A stretch of DNA of 64,000 nucleotides from Eledone cirrhosa (GCA_964016885.1 OZ024762.1:18476001-18540000); one strand, 5' to 3'; shown: positions 27,790 through 41,104, counted from the stretch's first letter. The notes: generated by a model from the letters alone, not told the origin. A program made the numbers and translations.

Positions 27790-28290
27790 AACAGGTAGAC
27801 TAACAGGATGTAGAAGATGCACAGGGGAAGAGCCTTAGTGATATAAACCTTTTTCAATCAAAGGAGGGATCCATCGAAGTGGTTGATAGCCTCTGGTATC
27901 TGGGTGACTTAATTAGCAGTGGATGACGGTGCTCTCAGAGCATAATAGCAAGAATAAGGATGGGATGTAAGAAGTTTAGAGAGCTACTCACACTGTTGAC
28001 AAAAAGAGTTTCTTCCCTACATACAAAAGGATGACTGTACGATACCTGTGTATGAAGTGTGATGCTGCATGGTAGGGAAACATGGGCAGTGAATTTCTCA
28101 ATGGCAGGATACCGCAGTAGAGGTAGACCAAGAAAGACTCAGGCAGAGGTAATGAGAACCTATCTCAAATCACCAAGACTCAGAGGAGATGATGAAGGAA
28201 TGCAGCAAATGGAGAGATGCTGGGCTGAAAAGGACCCATTTAATCTACGTAAGCATGGACAAACAGATGTAAAAACGATGATGATGAGGA
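27790..28290 (+). mobile_element. Degenerate RTE-clade LINE fragment
   Basis: VDSLWYLGDLISS, MLHGRETWAV, RGRPRKT motifs and an (ATG)n tail. Confidence 0.75.
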
Positions 28291-29110
28291 CTTTAAGAGA
28301 GTAACGATGTGAATAAAATCATCCATACCTGTTGAGTTTCATATCAGTTTTTTTTAAAAAATTACTAATTACTCTCAGGTCTTGAATAATTGCCCCTCCT
28401 TTCCTATTAATTTTTCAGATTTTTTGCAACATCCTCCTTACTAAATTTTATTGTAAATGATTCATATTGATACAGCAGCTGGAGAATCTAATAATTTTAT
28501 TTTACATTATATATGACAAAAAAGAACATTACTAGAAATCCCATATTTACCTATGTACACTTTACAATTACAGATTTCCCAACCCTCTGCTTATAAAAAT
28601 TTAATCAAATGTCCCCCCCCCCCCCCACTATTATTTGGGACCCGACAGTAGATAATTAATCCAACCGTCAGTTTCTCTTTATTATTATTGGCAGCATGAC
28701 CATCCGAAAGTATAACATGAATATGTCTGTTTCTGGACACATTTTCATGTCAAAGATTCTTGCAAAACAAACAAAAAACCAAGTTTATAATAGTTTATAA
28801 CAGTTATTTCCCATTTTATAACAGTTATTTCCCATTTTATAATAGTTATTTCCCATTTCTACGAAGGGAAAGAACTCTGGTAATCTATTTATAAAGTATT
28901 CTATGTTTATGTCCCTTTTATTTTACGACTGATGAATGAAAATAAAACAAACAAACAAACAACTGAATGAAGATAGTTCAGCTCGTGCATATACTGTATG
29001 TATATGTAAAAATGCTTTTAACTCTTGCTGGAGTTAAACATGGCGTATCGTGGGCATTTTAAAACAGGGAGTCCATCTCTGTCCAGGTTGTAACATGGCA
29101 GATTTCTTCC

Positions 29111-29157
<47 letters not shown>

Positions 29158-29242
29158 GAGTGAGAGAGAGAGCTATGCTCAGTACTCATCGACCTTGAAA
29201 GGATAAAAACCAAAATTCATCTCAGCTTAATTTGACCTTGGA

Positions 29243-29795
29243 GATCATCATCATCATTTTTCGTCCGCTGTTCCCTGCTTGCAAGGGTAGGACATGTCCT
29301 ATTCAGCACAGCATCTTCTCCACTTGTCACAGTCCTTTGCCATCTCCTCCGTGAGCTTCAGCAATCTGAGGTCAGCTCTCACTACCTTCGCCCATGTTTT
29401 TCGTGGTCTTCCTTCTACTGGGATTTCTTGGCACTTCTTTACCCAGTGTTCATCCTCCATGTGCATCACATGTCCATTCCAATGCAGTCTTCTCTCCTGC
29501 ACAATACAACTTATCTCACTTATACTCAGTTTCTCTCTCAACTCATCTATGCTTGGTCGTTCATGCACATTGACATTGCACATCCAACGGAGCATGCTTG
29601 CTTCATTTCTCTCCAGCTGCCACTTATCCTCTGCAGTTGCTGCCCATGTCTCCCTACCATGCAGCATCGCGCATCTCACACAGGCATCATATAACCGGCC
29701 TTTCATTCGCAAGGAGAAACCCTTCTTTGTCAACAGAGGAAGCAGCTCCCTAAACTTCTTCCAACCCGCCCTTATTCTAGATACTATGGCCTCAG
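29243..29795 (-). mobile_element. RTE-clade LINE 3' fragment
   Basis: KGRLYDACVRCAMLHGRETW...MLRWMCNV...RRLHWNGHV...GRPRKTW, with a (GAT)n tail. Confidence 0.85.
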
Positions 29796-30079
29796 AGATG
29801 CATGAGATAAAACAAATGCCAAGGCATTTGTTAACCTGACACCCCTTAATGACTCTGCCAATTAGCTTTTATTGATTTTGAAAGGATAAAAAGAAAAATA
29901 TTGCCCTTGGTAAGATTTGAACTCAGAGCTCAGTCAGCCAGTACAAATACCAAAATATTTTTAGTCAGACAACACCCAAGAATGAATAGATGAAAAAGAG
30001 AAGACTCCTGACTCTGCCAATTCATGCCTTTCCTAATGCCAGCTACTTTACGGCATGTACTGGGAGAATTTTATTGACT

Positions 30080-30595
30080 TTGGCACTACCACATTACAGG
30101 GTGGATTGGGTGCTTTTTATCGTGGCACCAGCACTACCATGCTACAGGGTGGACTGGGTGCTTTGTGTTGTGGCACCAGCACTACCACCGTATAAGGTGT
30201 ACTGGGTGATTTTTATTGTGGCACCAGCACTACCATGTTACAGGGTGGACTGGGTGCTTTGTGTTGTGGCACCAGCACTACCACAGTATAGGGTGTACTG
30301 GGTGATTTTTATTGTGGCACCAGCACTACCATGTTACAGGGTGGACTGGGTGCTTTGTGTTGTGGCACCAGCACTACCACCGTATAAGGTGTACTGGGTG
30401 ATTTTTATTGTGGCACCAGCACTACCATGTTACAGGGTGGACTGGGTGCTTTGTGTTGTGGCACCAGCACTACCACAGTATAGGGTGTACTGGGTGATTT
30501 TTATTGTAGCACCAACACTATCATGTTACAGCGTGGACAGGGTGTTTTTTATTGCGACTTTTGCACTATCACCTTACAGGGTGGATTGGATGCTA
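30080..30595. repeat. 48-bp minisatellite with 96-bp higher-order dimer
   Basis: Unit gtggcaccagcactaccatg(c/t)tacagggtggactgggtgctttgtgtt alternates with a variant, giving a 16-aa periodicity in the ORF. Confidence 0.9.
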
Positions 30596-30620
30596 ACACC
30601 ATCTCATTATAGCACTAAGG

Positions 30621-30805
30621 GCGGTGAATTGGCAGTATCGGTAGAGGGTTGGACGCCATGCTTTCTAGCAGAGATACATCCCTTTACAGTCTGAGTTCAA
30701 ATCCCGCCGAGGTTAACTTTGCCTTTCATCCTTACGGGGTCGATGAAATAAAGTACCAGTAATGTACTGGGTAATTGCTGGCCTTGTGCCTAAAGTAGAA
30801 ACAAT
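30621..30805 (+). mobile_element. SINE copy with TSD
   Basis: ATTATAGCACTAAGG flanks both sides. Confidence 0.88.
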
Positions 30806-30857
30806 TATAGCACTAAGGTGTTAAATGTCCTATATTTATCAACCCTAACACAGTATT

Positions 30858-33230
30858 ATGGTCTTTCTATTGCTGACATTACCTACCAGTCACAACTCCT
30901 GGCAGAAGAAAGGAGCTGATCATCAGATCAAACCAAAGAAACAGTTTTCATTAGTCTTTCTATTGCTGACATTACCTACCAGTCACAATTCCTGGCAGAA
31001 GGAAGGAGTTGATCATCAGATCAAACCAAAGAAACAGTTTTCATTAGTCTTTCTATTGCTGACAATATCTACCAGTCACAACTCCTGGCAGAAGAAAGGA
31101 GCTGATCATCAGATCAAACCAAAGAAACAGTTTTCATTAGTCTTTCTATTGCTGACATTACCTACCAGTCACAACTCCTGGCAGAAGGAAGGAGTTGATC
31201 ATCAGATCAAACCAAAGAAACAGTTTTCATTAGTCTTTCTATTGCTGACATTACATACCAGTCACAACTCCTGGCAGAAGGAAGGAGTTGATCATCAGAT
31301 CAAACCAAAGAAACAGTTTTCATTAGTCTTTCTATTGCTGACATTACCTACCAGTCACAATTCCTGGCAGAAGGAAGGAGTTGATCATCAGATCAAACCA
31401 AAGAAACAGTTTTCATTAGTCTTTCTATTGCTGACAATATCTACCAGTCACAACTCCTGGCAGAAGAAAGGAGCTGATCATCAGATCAAACCAAAGAAAC
31501 AGTTTTCATTAGTCTTTCTATTGCTGACATTACCTACCAGTCACAACTCCTGGCAGAAGGAAGGAGTTGATCATCAGATCAAACCAAAGAAACAGTTTTC
31601 ATTAGTCTTTCTATTGCTGACATTACATACCAGTCACAACTCCTGGCAGAAGGAAGGAGTTGATCATCAGATCAAACCAAAGAAACAGTTTTCATTAGTC
31701 TTTCTATTGCTGACATTACCTACCAGTCACAATTCCTGGCAGAAGGAAGGAGTTGATCATCAGATCAAACCAAAGAAACAGTTTTCATTAGTCTTTCTAT
31801 TGCTGACAATATCTACCAGTCACAATTCCTGGCAGAAGAAAGGAGCTGATCATCAGATCAAACCAAAGAAACAGTTTTCATTAGTCTTTCTATTGCTGAC
31901 AATATCTACCAGTCACAACTCCTGGCAGAAGAAAGGAGCTGATCATCAGATCAAACCAAAGAAACAGTTTTCATTAGTCTTTCTATTGCTGACAATATCT
32001 ACCAGTCACAACTCCTGGCAGAAGAAAGGAGCTGATCATCAGATCAAACCAAAGAAACAGTTTTCATTAGTCTTTCTATTGCTGACAATATCTACCAGTC
32101 ACAACTCCTGGCAGAAGAAAGGAGCTGATCATCAGATCAAACCAAAGAAACAGTTTTCATTAGTCTTTCTATTGCTGACAATATCTACCAGTCACAACTC
32201 CTGGCAGAAGAAAGGAGCTGATCATCAGATCAAACCAAAGAAACAGTTTTCATTAGTCTTTCCATTGCTGACAATACATACCAGTCACAACTCTTGGCAG
32301 AAGGAAGGAGCTGATCATCAGATCAAACCAAAGAAACAGTTTTCATTAGTCTTTCTATTGCTGACAATATCTACCAGTCACAACTCCTGGCAGAAGAAAG
32401 GAGCTGATCATCAGATCAAACCAAAGAAACAGTTTTCATTAGTCTTTCCATTGCTGACATTACCTACCAGTCACAACTCCTGGCAGAAGAAAGGAGCTGA
32501 TCATCAGATCAAACCAAAGAAACAGTTTTCATTAGTCTTTCTATTGCTGACATTACCTACCAGTCACAATTCCTGGCAGAAGAAAGGAGCTGATCATCAG
32601 ATCAAACCAAAGAAACAGTTTTCATTAGTCTTTCTATTGCTGACATTACCTACCAGTCACAACTCCTGGCAGAAGAAAGGAGCTGATCATCAGATCAAAC
32701 CAAAGAAACAGTTTTCATTAGTCTTTCTATTGCTGACATTACCTACCAGTCACAACTCCTGGCAGAAGAAAGGAGCTGATCATCAGATCAAACCAAAGAA
32801 ACAGTTTTCATTAGTCTTTCTATTGCTGACATTACCTACCAGTCACAACTCCTGGCAGAAGAAAGGAGCTGATCATCAGATCAAACCAAAGAAACAGTTT
32901 TCATTAGTCTTTCTGTTGCTGACATTACCTACCAGTCACAACTCCTGGCAGAAGAAAGGAGCTGATCATCAGATCAAACCAAAGAAACAGTTTTCATTAG
33001 TCTTTCTATTGCTGACATTATCTACCAGTCACAACTCCTGGCAGAAGAAAGGAGCTGATCATCAGATCAAACCAAAGAAACAGTTTTCATTAGTCTTTCT
33101 ATTGCTGACATTACCTACCAGTCACAATTCCTGGCAGAAGAAAGGAGCTGATCATCAGATCAAACCAGGGAAATAATGTTTTCATTAGTCTTTCCATTGC
33201 TGATACTACCTATCAGTAACTCCTGGCAGG
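30858..33230. repeat. 96-bp tandem satellite, ~24 copies
   Basis: 32-aa periodicity in the 772-aa ORF. Units differ by only a few diagnostic substitutions. Confidence 0.97.
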
Positions 33231-33477
33231 AGCAACATGAAAAAAAGGTATTTTCTTCAAGGACACAATGCATCACCCCAGTTCAGTAATGGAACCCACA
33301 ATCTTATGACCAGAAGTCCAAGAGCCTAACCACTCAACTATGTGCCGTTATAACATACTAGAATTTATTTTATTTTCCTTACATGGAACATATAAACAGG
33401 ACGTTATTACCTGACCAGTCTAACTTCAGAATGTGACAGTCCATCTCATCCAGGCAAGCATAGAAAATAGATGTTAA

Positions 33478-33670
33478 CCCTTTAGCATTTAAACCAGCTG
33501 AATTCGGTTAGAATTCTCTCACCTCTTTCTGTTCAAACCAGCCATAACCAGCCACTCATATTGATGTTAAGGTATTGTTCTCAAAATATCATAGATTCGA
33601 TATTATGTGAGGTAAAGTCTTTACCTCGAAAATACAATAGTAGATATAGAGTAATGTAAATGCTAAAGGG
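33478..33670. mobile_element. piggyBac-like MITE (same family as 3581-3859)
   Basis: TTAA|CCCTTTAGCATTTA...TAAATGCTAAAGGG|TTAA. Confidence 0.8.
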
Positions 33671-33841
33671 TTAAACGATGATTATGATAAAGAGACAACC
33701 AAAGAAAATTTAAAATTTCCATATTTCTATTTATTACAAGTGAAAAAACAAAACTTCAAACAACAGGAATTAACTTTTCTTTGTTTCTGTAATTTTTTCT
33801 CTTTTAAATATTTTGTTTGAGTTTCTCAATAACCTTCCAGA

Positions 33842-33937
33842 TTATCGAATAACCTTTGCAGAGTGGTCTGGTGGTCGTTCCATATATGGACGGCCTTGTT
33901 TGGCCCGTTCTGCCTTCATTGCTAAGTAACGTTCATT
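33842..33937 (-). CDS. NDUFS5: NDUFS5 last coding exon
   Basis: Poly-T tract + TTCAG acceptor on the - strand, phase 0. Translates NERYLAMKAERAKQGRPYMERPPDHSAKVIR*, giving a 98-aa protein. Confidence 0.88.
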   Translation of the reverse strand, partial: NERYLAMKAERAKQGRPYMERPPDHSAKVIR

Positions 33938-34161
33938 CTGAAGAAAAATAAAAAAAAAATAATCAACCCTTTTCATATCAACCTGGCCAAAACTGGCTGC
34001 AGTTCTATGAAACAAAACCACCCATTTTAAAGGATTTCGATTTAACCCCTTTTCATATTAACCTGGCCAAAACTGGCTCTAGTTCTATGAAACAAAGGCA
34101 CCCATTTTAAAGGGTTCCTATTTAAACTAAACTCTTCCAACAGAATTTCATACAATAACCT

Positions 34162-34504
34162 GGAGGCACATGGCTTAGTGGTAAGAGCATTGGCCTTGCA
34201 ATCGAAAGGTTGTAAGTTCAATTCTCAGACTGGGTGATGTGTTGTTTCCTTGAGCAAGACACTTTATTTCAAATTGTTCCAGTTTACTCAGCTGTAGAAA
34301 TGAGATTATAGGGACTGGGGTCCATATCATTCCACTGTAAAGTGGCCGTGGAGGTGCCACAGCAAAAAAGCACCCAGCACTCACTGTAAATGAGGTTGGT
34401 GTTAGGAAGGGCATCCAGCTGTAGAAATCAAGCCAGAATCAGTTCCCGTCCCACCTTTGCAAGTAGGGAAAAGCAGACGTAAAATGATGATGATGATGAT
34501 GATG
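34162..34504 (+). mobile_element. tRNA-head/RTE-tail SINE (second family) in NDUFS5 intron
   Basis: GGAGGCACATGGCTTAGTGGT...GTTCAATTC head, CCTTGAGCAAGACACTTTATTTCA core and (GAT)n tail. Confidence 0.85.
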
Positions 34505-35129
34505 AACCATATGTTATGTTACTATTGTAGCAATGAAATGAATTTATAATTTTAGTATATCCCTCAAAATTCTTCATTAATTAATAGAAATAGACTGCAT
34601 TTCATTAAAAATGAAGTCACAAAAGGGTTAGGGTTAAATAAAAAATGCCCAGTAAGGCAATATGTTGCTGTTGTTTTAACTCTAGGTCAGCCCTGATCAA
34701 GCAGACCTATGATCAAAGAAGTGACAATCCCATTTTTCTTTTCATATAGGGAATGGCATGCACCTGTAGATCTCAATAAGGCCCTTCATCCTGATACAGT
34801 TTATACCTAAAGGTTGCATCTCAGGTTTCTTGGATGTTTTAACGATAGGGCCCTGTAGTATCTCATTTTGATAGAGCTCATACCTAATGTACATCTAGCT
34901 GGCCACCTGAGGTTCCATCTTACAGGAGGTTTCTTGGGTATTTTTAATGATAGAAGGGGCCCTTGGAAAAGCAGTACGAATGGAATATTTTGCTCAAGAA
35001 TACAACATGCAGCACAAACCAGGAATCAAACTCTCAACCTTATGATTGTGAGTCCAACACCCAAGCTACTAGACCAAAAGCCATAAAACAAACAAACAAG
35101 ACACAGTAAGAAGAAACTGTTCACTCTAC

Positions 35130-35330
35130 CTGCTTCACTCTACCGGCACATTCTTTGAAGTCTTCATACTCCATGTTGCATTCTTTATTCAAATGATAGC
35201 GACTGTAGCCAACACGAGAGATACACCTGTAGAAGTCAAGCTCCAGGTCGGCACACTGGGACAGCTGGTGAGTGAACCAATGCTCCGACATTTTGGTGAA
35301 CGGAGTGTAAATTAGAGGTGCTGCAGTCAT
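35130..35330 (-). CDS. NDUFS5: NADH:ubiquinone oxidoreductase subunit S5 (15 kDa), first coding exon
   Basis: MTAAPLIYTPFTKMSEHWFTHQLSQCADLELDFYRCISRVGYSRYHLNKECNMEYEDFKECAGRVKQ has the twin CX9C motif and 'ECxxEYEDFxEC' typical of NDUFS5. There is an acceptor AG 8 nt upstream of the ATG and a CAG|GTAGAG donor. Confidence 0.92.
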
Positions 35331-35989
35331 CTTTTATTCTGTAATCAAAATGTTGACACAAATATTATCTAGGTGTTTTTGTTTGTTATTATTTAGGGCG
35401 GTGGATTGGCAGTATCAGTAGAGAGTTGGACACCATGCTTTGCAGCATAGAGTTACAGTCCTTTACAGTCTGAGTTCAAATCCCTCTGAGGTTAACTTTG
35501 CCTTTTATCCTTATGGGGGGTCGATAAAATAAAGCACCAGTAATGTACTATCATCATCATTTCCGTTTAGTGAGTTCAAATCCCGCCGAGGTTAACTTTG
35601 CCTTTCATCCTTACGGGGTCGATAAAATAAAGTACCAGTAATACACTGGGTAATTGCTGGCCTTGTGCCAAAAGTAGAAACAATCATTTCCGTTTAGTGT
35701 CAATTCTTCCATGCTTGCATGGGTTAGACGAGTCATCCATGCCGGGAGGCATGTTTGGCCATGTCACACCTTACCCTGGCGAGGACTGTAAATTTGGCTG
35801 GGTATTTTACAGCTGGATGCCCTTGTATTTGGAAATTAGTTTAATGCTGTTGTTTGAAGTAAAAACAAAATTAAATTGGTCTTTGTTCTAGCCTGTATCT
35901 ATTCAAATATATTCTTTACATAAAATGTTATAATTTATAATCTATACATAATATAAAAAGAGAGATGATTGTTGGTTGGTTCCTTCGTG

Positions 35990-36323
35990 CATCATCATCA
36001 TTTTATGTCCGCTTTTCCCTGCTTGCAAGGGTGGGACGGGAAATGATTCTGGCTTGATTTCTACAGCTGGATGCCCTTCCTAACACCAACCTTATTTACA
36101 GTGAGTGCTGGGTGCTTTTTTGCCGTGGCACCTCCACGACCACTTTGCAGTGGAATGATAGGGACCCAAGTCCCTATCATCTCATTTCTACAGCTGAGTA
36201 AACTGGAGCAATGTGAAATAAAGTGTCTTGCTCAAGGAAACAACACATCACCCGGTCTGAGAATTGAACTCACAACCTTTCGATTGCAAGGCTAATGCTC
36301 TAACCACTAAGCCATGTGCCTCC
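35990..36323 (-). mobile_element. Inverted copy of the same SINE in the upstream NDUFS5 intron
   Basis: Reverse complement of 34162-34504. The opposite-strand ORFs 34175-34414 and 36071-36295 are nearly identical. Confidence 0.88.
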
Positions 36324-37802
36324 ATCACACAAAAATGATAACCGACAATCAAAAATAAGTACAGCAATGAAATAAGGGTATATCCAGGAAGGTTTATTGA
36401 TACTAATTTTATAACATCAAGGAATAAGGAAAACATCCCAGGTATGCTAACCAACCCTACTGCTATTTCTAGTAGGTTGGGAATCAACCATAAGGGATTC
36501 TCCCTGCGAGGTCATTGACAGTAATGGTCATGTCTTGCGGCCAACGTCTCCGATTCGAATGCTGGTTTACACACACACACACACATTTATATATAATTAT
36601 CTATATTTACATATAATATAAAAGATTGGAACTTCCATCATCCTTTTGAGAAACCCAGACCAACCACATCTATGCAATGACACACACTTTACAGTCAGGA
36701 TGATGATGAACCATATCCTAGAGGTCACTAACCTTGGAGGCAACCATCAAGGGTAAAATGCATTCATTCCCAAGATTCCACTTATCCCTTCCTCTACCGA
36801 GCTGCCATTCAAATTCTCAAGACTTCAGTTCCCTGTTAGAATCAGTTTTACTATGACCATAAATAAAGCTTAGACTCAGAGTTTCAAAGTTGTCGAATGG
36901 AATAGAAGAGAATAGCTTTTTACCCATGGACAGTTATATGTAGGTTGTTCACGAGTGGAAACACCTAGAAATCTTCATATACTATGCACCAATTAAATGG
37001 TAAAACGAAGAATGTGGTGTATCTGGAAAATTTTTTACTGTTTTTTTTTTTTTGTCACACACACACATATCACGGTCTCGCCTCATACTGTAAACCAGAC
37101 AACACATCCAATTCAGTCGTTTTCTCTTCTACCTGTCTTGTCTTATCATTTGTTTACCTGGGCGAAGCTGGGTACGTCAGCTAGATTAATACAAACGCGT
37201 ACATTTCTATAGGCAGGCAACAGAAAGGCAAAGTTAACTGTATATAAACAAGAAGGAAAATTAAATAATTTACCCAAACTAAAACGGAGGAAAATAAGGC
37301 ACATGAATCCTTAAGATAAATACTTAGAAATAGATATGTAGACAGGCATATAGACAAATAGGTTGATAAATACGTAAATAGATAGTTAGACTGATAAACA
37401 GATATGTAATGAGACAAATAGACAGACAGACTGTAAAAGGTAAAGAGATGGACAATTAAGTATTTAATGCAGAGAACATTACACAGCTAATTAGAAATAT
37501 ATGTAGTGAGATAAACAGACAGATCGATAGACAGAGAGACATGGAGGTAAGTTAGTGTTAATATATTTATTGTAGGAACATTAAATAATTAACTATATTA
37601 TATTTAGTTATAGGGAACATTAAAACGTCAATAGGAAATAAAATTGAGGTTATACGGATAGATGGATACATAGATAGGTAAGTTAGCGTATATATTTAAC
37701 GTAAAATATATTAAGATAATTATATATATATATATATGTTAAGATGATAATTACATATATATATATATATAATAATAATCTTATATATACATATAATTAT
37801 CA

Positions 37803-37834
<32 letters not shown>

Positions 37835-38022
37835 GCCGAGGTAAATAAGTAACGTAGCGTTAATATTTAATAGCTGGATCGACTTGCTATCATTAAAACG
37901 ATAAAATAGAACTAACATGCATGCGAGAGAAATATTTTATGTTCCTAGTATTAGATGGTGGAACAAGATAATAGAAAAAAATAATAACAAAGTCGGGAGA
38001 TTACAGAAAATAATGGCCTCAC

Positions 38023-38110
38023 CCTTTGCTAAATTCTCAAGGACTTTAGACAACAGAGGATAAACCTTCTTCCACAACAACGGCTATGAACCACCTAAAG
38101 TAACCTTCTA
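38023..38110 (-). other. Candidate non-coding 5' exon of NDUFS5
   Basis: The coding exon has an acceptor just upstream of its ATG, so an upstream exon is needed. A G|GTGAGG donor lies on the - strand at 38022 in unique sequence. The upper boundary is a guess. Confidence 0.35.
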
Positions 38111-38231
38111 ACAAAAAAGAGTGATACTTTTCACTAACGCTTAAGTTTCTGAGAGTGATTTCCCTTTTTACATTATTTACTCATTGGCGTGCTGTTAGAG
38201 CAGACCATTGTTTTAAACACACACGCACATA

Positions 38232-39130
38232 TAATTGTTTCTACTTTAGGCACAAGGCCAGCAATTATCCAATGCATTACTGGTACTTTATTTTATCGAC
38301 TCCGTAAGGATGAAAGGCAAAGTCAACCTCGGCGGGATTTATAATATAATATAATTGTTTCTACGTTTGACACAAGGCCAGCAATTACCCAGAGCATTAC
38401 TGGTTCTTTATTTTATCGACCCCGTAAGGATGAAAGGCAAAGTTAACCTCGCCGGGATTTGAACTCAGAATGGCAAGGGCCGTAACTCTACAATACAATA
38501 TAATAAAATACAATACAATACAATACAATATAATATAATATAATTGTTTCTACTTTAGGCACAAGGCCAGCAATTACCCAGTGCATTACTGGTACTTTAT
38601 TTTATCGACCCCGTAAGGATGAAAGGCAAAGTCAACCTCGGCGGGATTTGAACTCAGATCGTAAAGGGACGTAACTATGCTGGAAAGCATGGCGTCCGAC
38701 CCTCTACCGATACTGCCAATCCACCGAATATAATACAATATAATATAATATATATAATATAATGTTTCTACTTTTTGGCACAAGTGTATTACTGGTACTT
38801 TATTTTATCGACCTCGTAAGGATGAAAGGCAAAGTTAACCTCGGCGGGATTTGAACTCAGAATGGCAAGGGCCGTAACTCTATGCGTCAAAGCACGGTGT
38901 CCGACCCTCTACCGATACTGCCAATCCACCACCCCTATATAATATAATATAATTGTATCTACTTTTGGCTCAAGGCCAGCAATTTATCCAGTACATTACT
39001 GGTACTTTATTTTATCGACCCCGTAAGGATGTAAGGCAAAGTTAACCTCGGCGGGATTTGAACTCAGATCGTAAAGGGACGTAACTATGCTGGAAAGCAT
39101 GGCGTCGAAGCCTCTACCGATACTGCCAAA
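38232..39130 (-). mobile_element. Cluster of ~5 co-oriented SINE copies separated by (AATAT)n
   Basis: Repeated TTGTTTCTACTTT...GCACAAGGCCAGC...CGACCCCGTAAGGATGAAAGGC blocks. Confidence 0.88.
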
Positions 39131-39411
39131 TATGATATAATATGATATAATATATATATATAGGCACGCACGCACGCACGCATATATAACAGAATAAGGA
39201 TTAACAAGAATTTTAATTAAATCATTTAATTGATTAGCGAACGTTTCGTTAAAATAACTGGAATATTCCCTCCCTGTTATAATAATCTCATCAGAATAGA
39301 TTAAATGCAAATAATATTTACCATTACATATCCATAAATTTATTACTGAGCTCTGAATACTCAAATACACACATACGCACACACACAAATACACACAAAA
39401 ATAAAATTAAA

Positions 39412-39504
<93 letters not shown>

Positions 39505-39514
39505 TTATATATAT

Positions 39515-39633
<119 letters not shown>

Positions 39634-39789
39634 TATATATATATATATATATTAGAAAGTGAGGTTTTTTTTACAAAATGAAAAATAACCGAGGTGTCCT
39701 ACACGAGTGGAAGTATAAAGAAAAAGGGATGAAATCGAAAATGCAACCGAAGTCTTATTTAAAAAAAAAATATATATATTTATTTGGTT

Positions 39790-39827
39790 CCTTTACCGGT
39801 TTCGCAGTTCTTCTGCTTTTCAAAAGG
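39790..39827 (-). ncRNA. Hammerhead ribozyme, U3-A8 core variant (second copy)
   Basis: Same motif inside a ~200-bp element (39652-39855) that is duplicated at 14162-14370. Confidence 0.65.
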
Positions 39828-39897
39828 TGAGTTGAGATGGAGGGTCTGTGCTTTTTCTCACATATATATATATAAATAAATAAATAAATATATATAA

Positions 39898-40077
<180 letters not shown>

Positions 40078-40175
40078 AGTATATGTTGGTTGTTTAACGA
40101 CACCTCAGTATGCAGATTGGAACACTCGACGAAGTACGCAAGTTGGTTTGTTTACTCTGGAGTAATGTAAAATAA

Positions 40176-40466
40176 TTAAGCCAAATATGTCAAATTTGGC
40201 TTCGTTTATTATAAATTATAGATATACTGCTATATATATTTCGGTCAATCCATCGATATATCGATATATCGATATATCGATGGATTGACGGAGTAAAGCA
40301 CACTTCAACAACATGTGTACCTGTCTTTCCCACATTAATTTGGACTGCCTGAAGAGGTCTCAGACAATGATGGCTGTCACCAATGATGGCTGTCACCGAA
40401 ATATATATATAGTAGTATATCTATAATTTATAATAAACGAAGCTAAATTTGACATATTTGACTTAA
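40176..40466. mobile_element. Fold-back/MITE-like element with ~65-bp TIRs
   Basis: CAAATATGTCAAATTTGGCTTCGTTTATTATAAATTATAGATATAC... is inverted at 40410-40460. Contains an internal (ATCGATAT)n palindrome. Confidence 0.7.
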
Positions 40467-41072
40467 TTATATATATATATATCACCTATATAACTCACCC
40501 ACACACACACCCCCAAAAATTTTTTTTCTCCACACGCCACCCACACCCACAACACGCTTAAACCACACACACGTGCTTCCCACCACATGTTTACACCCTC
40601 AGCCTCCTGATTCCTCTCCCCCCACCCCCCTATCCACACACGCACAGACACTCCGACCCACAAAAACACCCCCCACACACACCTCTTCCTGAACATGCAA
40701 CCCCGTTCTTCCCCCAACCCTCACTTTCACATACACACACACACACACACACACGCACACCTAACCACACACACCACCTTCAGCCCTCCCCGCTCGGACA
40801 CCCCGTTTCCCTCTCCCCACTCCACCCGCCACCACCCCTACTCACCCCACACCCTTCCACCACCTGTTTACCCCCCTTTTAATTTCAGTTTATTTTGATC
40901 ATGCCTTTATTTTTAAATTTTCTCATTCCTTGTATTTTGATCATGCTTTATTTTTATTTATTATATTTTTTGTCTTTATTTGTTAATTTTTCATTCGCAC
41001 CGTTTCCTTTCGCTATATGTCTCTCCACCACTCCCCTACACACCTTTTGAACTCTGTTCCCACACACTTCTC

Positions 41073-41104
41073 ACCTGAAGAAGGGCTTGTGCCCGAAACG
41101 TCGT
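41073..41104 (+). ncRNA. Minimal hammerhead-like motif at a PLE-like terminus
   Basis: CTGAAGA A GGGC-TTGT-GCCC GAAA CG TC with weak stem I. AATAAA lies at 41141. Confidence 0.55.

Noticed and set aside
26760-30860. Downstream transmembrane exons that would make the Cys-loop gene a full receptor
   Set aside because: No M1-M4-like exon was seen before the convergent NDUFS5 gene. The hydrophobic 29990-30694 ORF is a 48-bp minisatellite.
30858-33176. 772-aa repeat protein
   Set aside because: Explained by a 96-bp satellite with a stop-free frame. There is no domain or splice support, so it is kept only as a low-priority finding.
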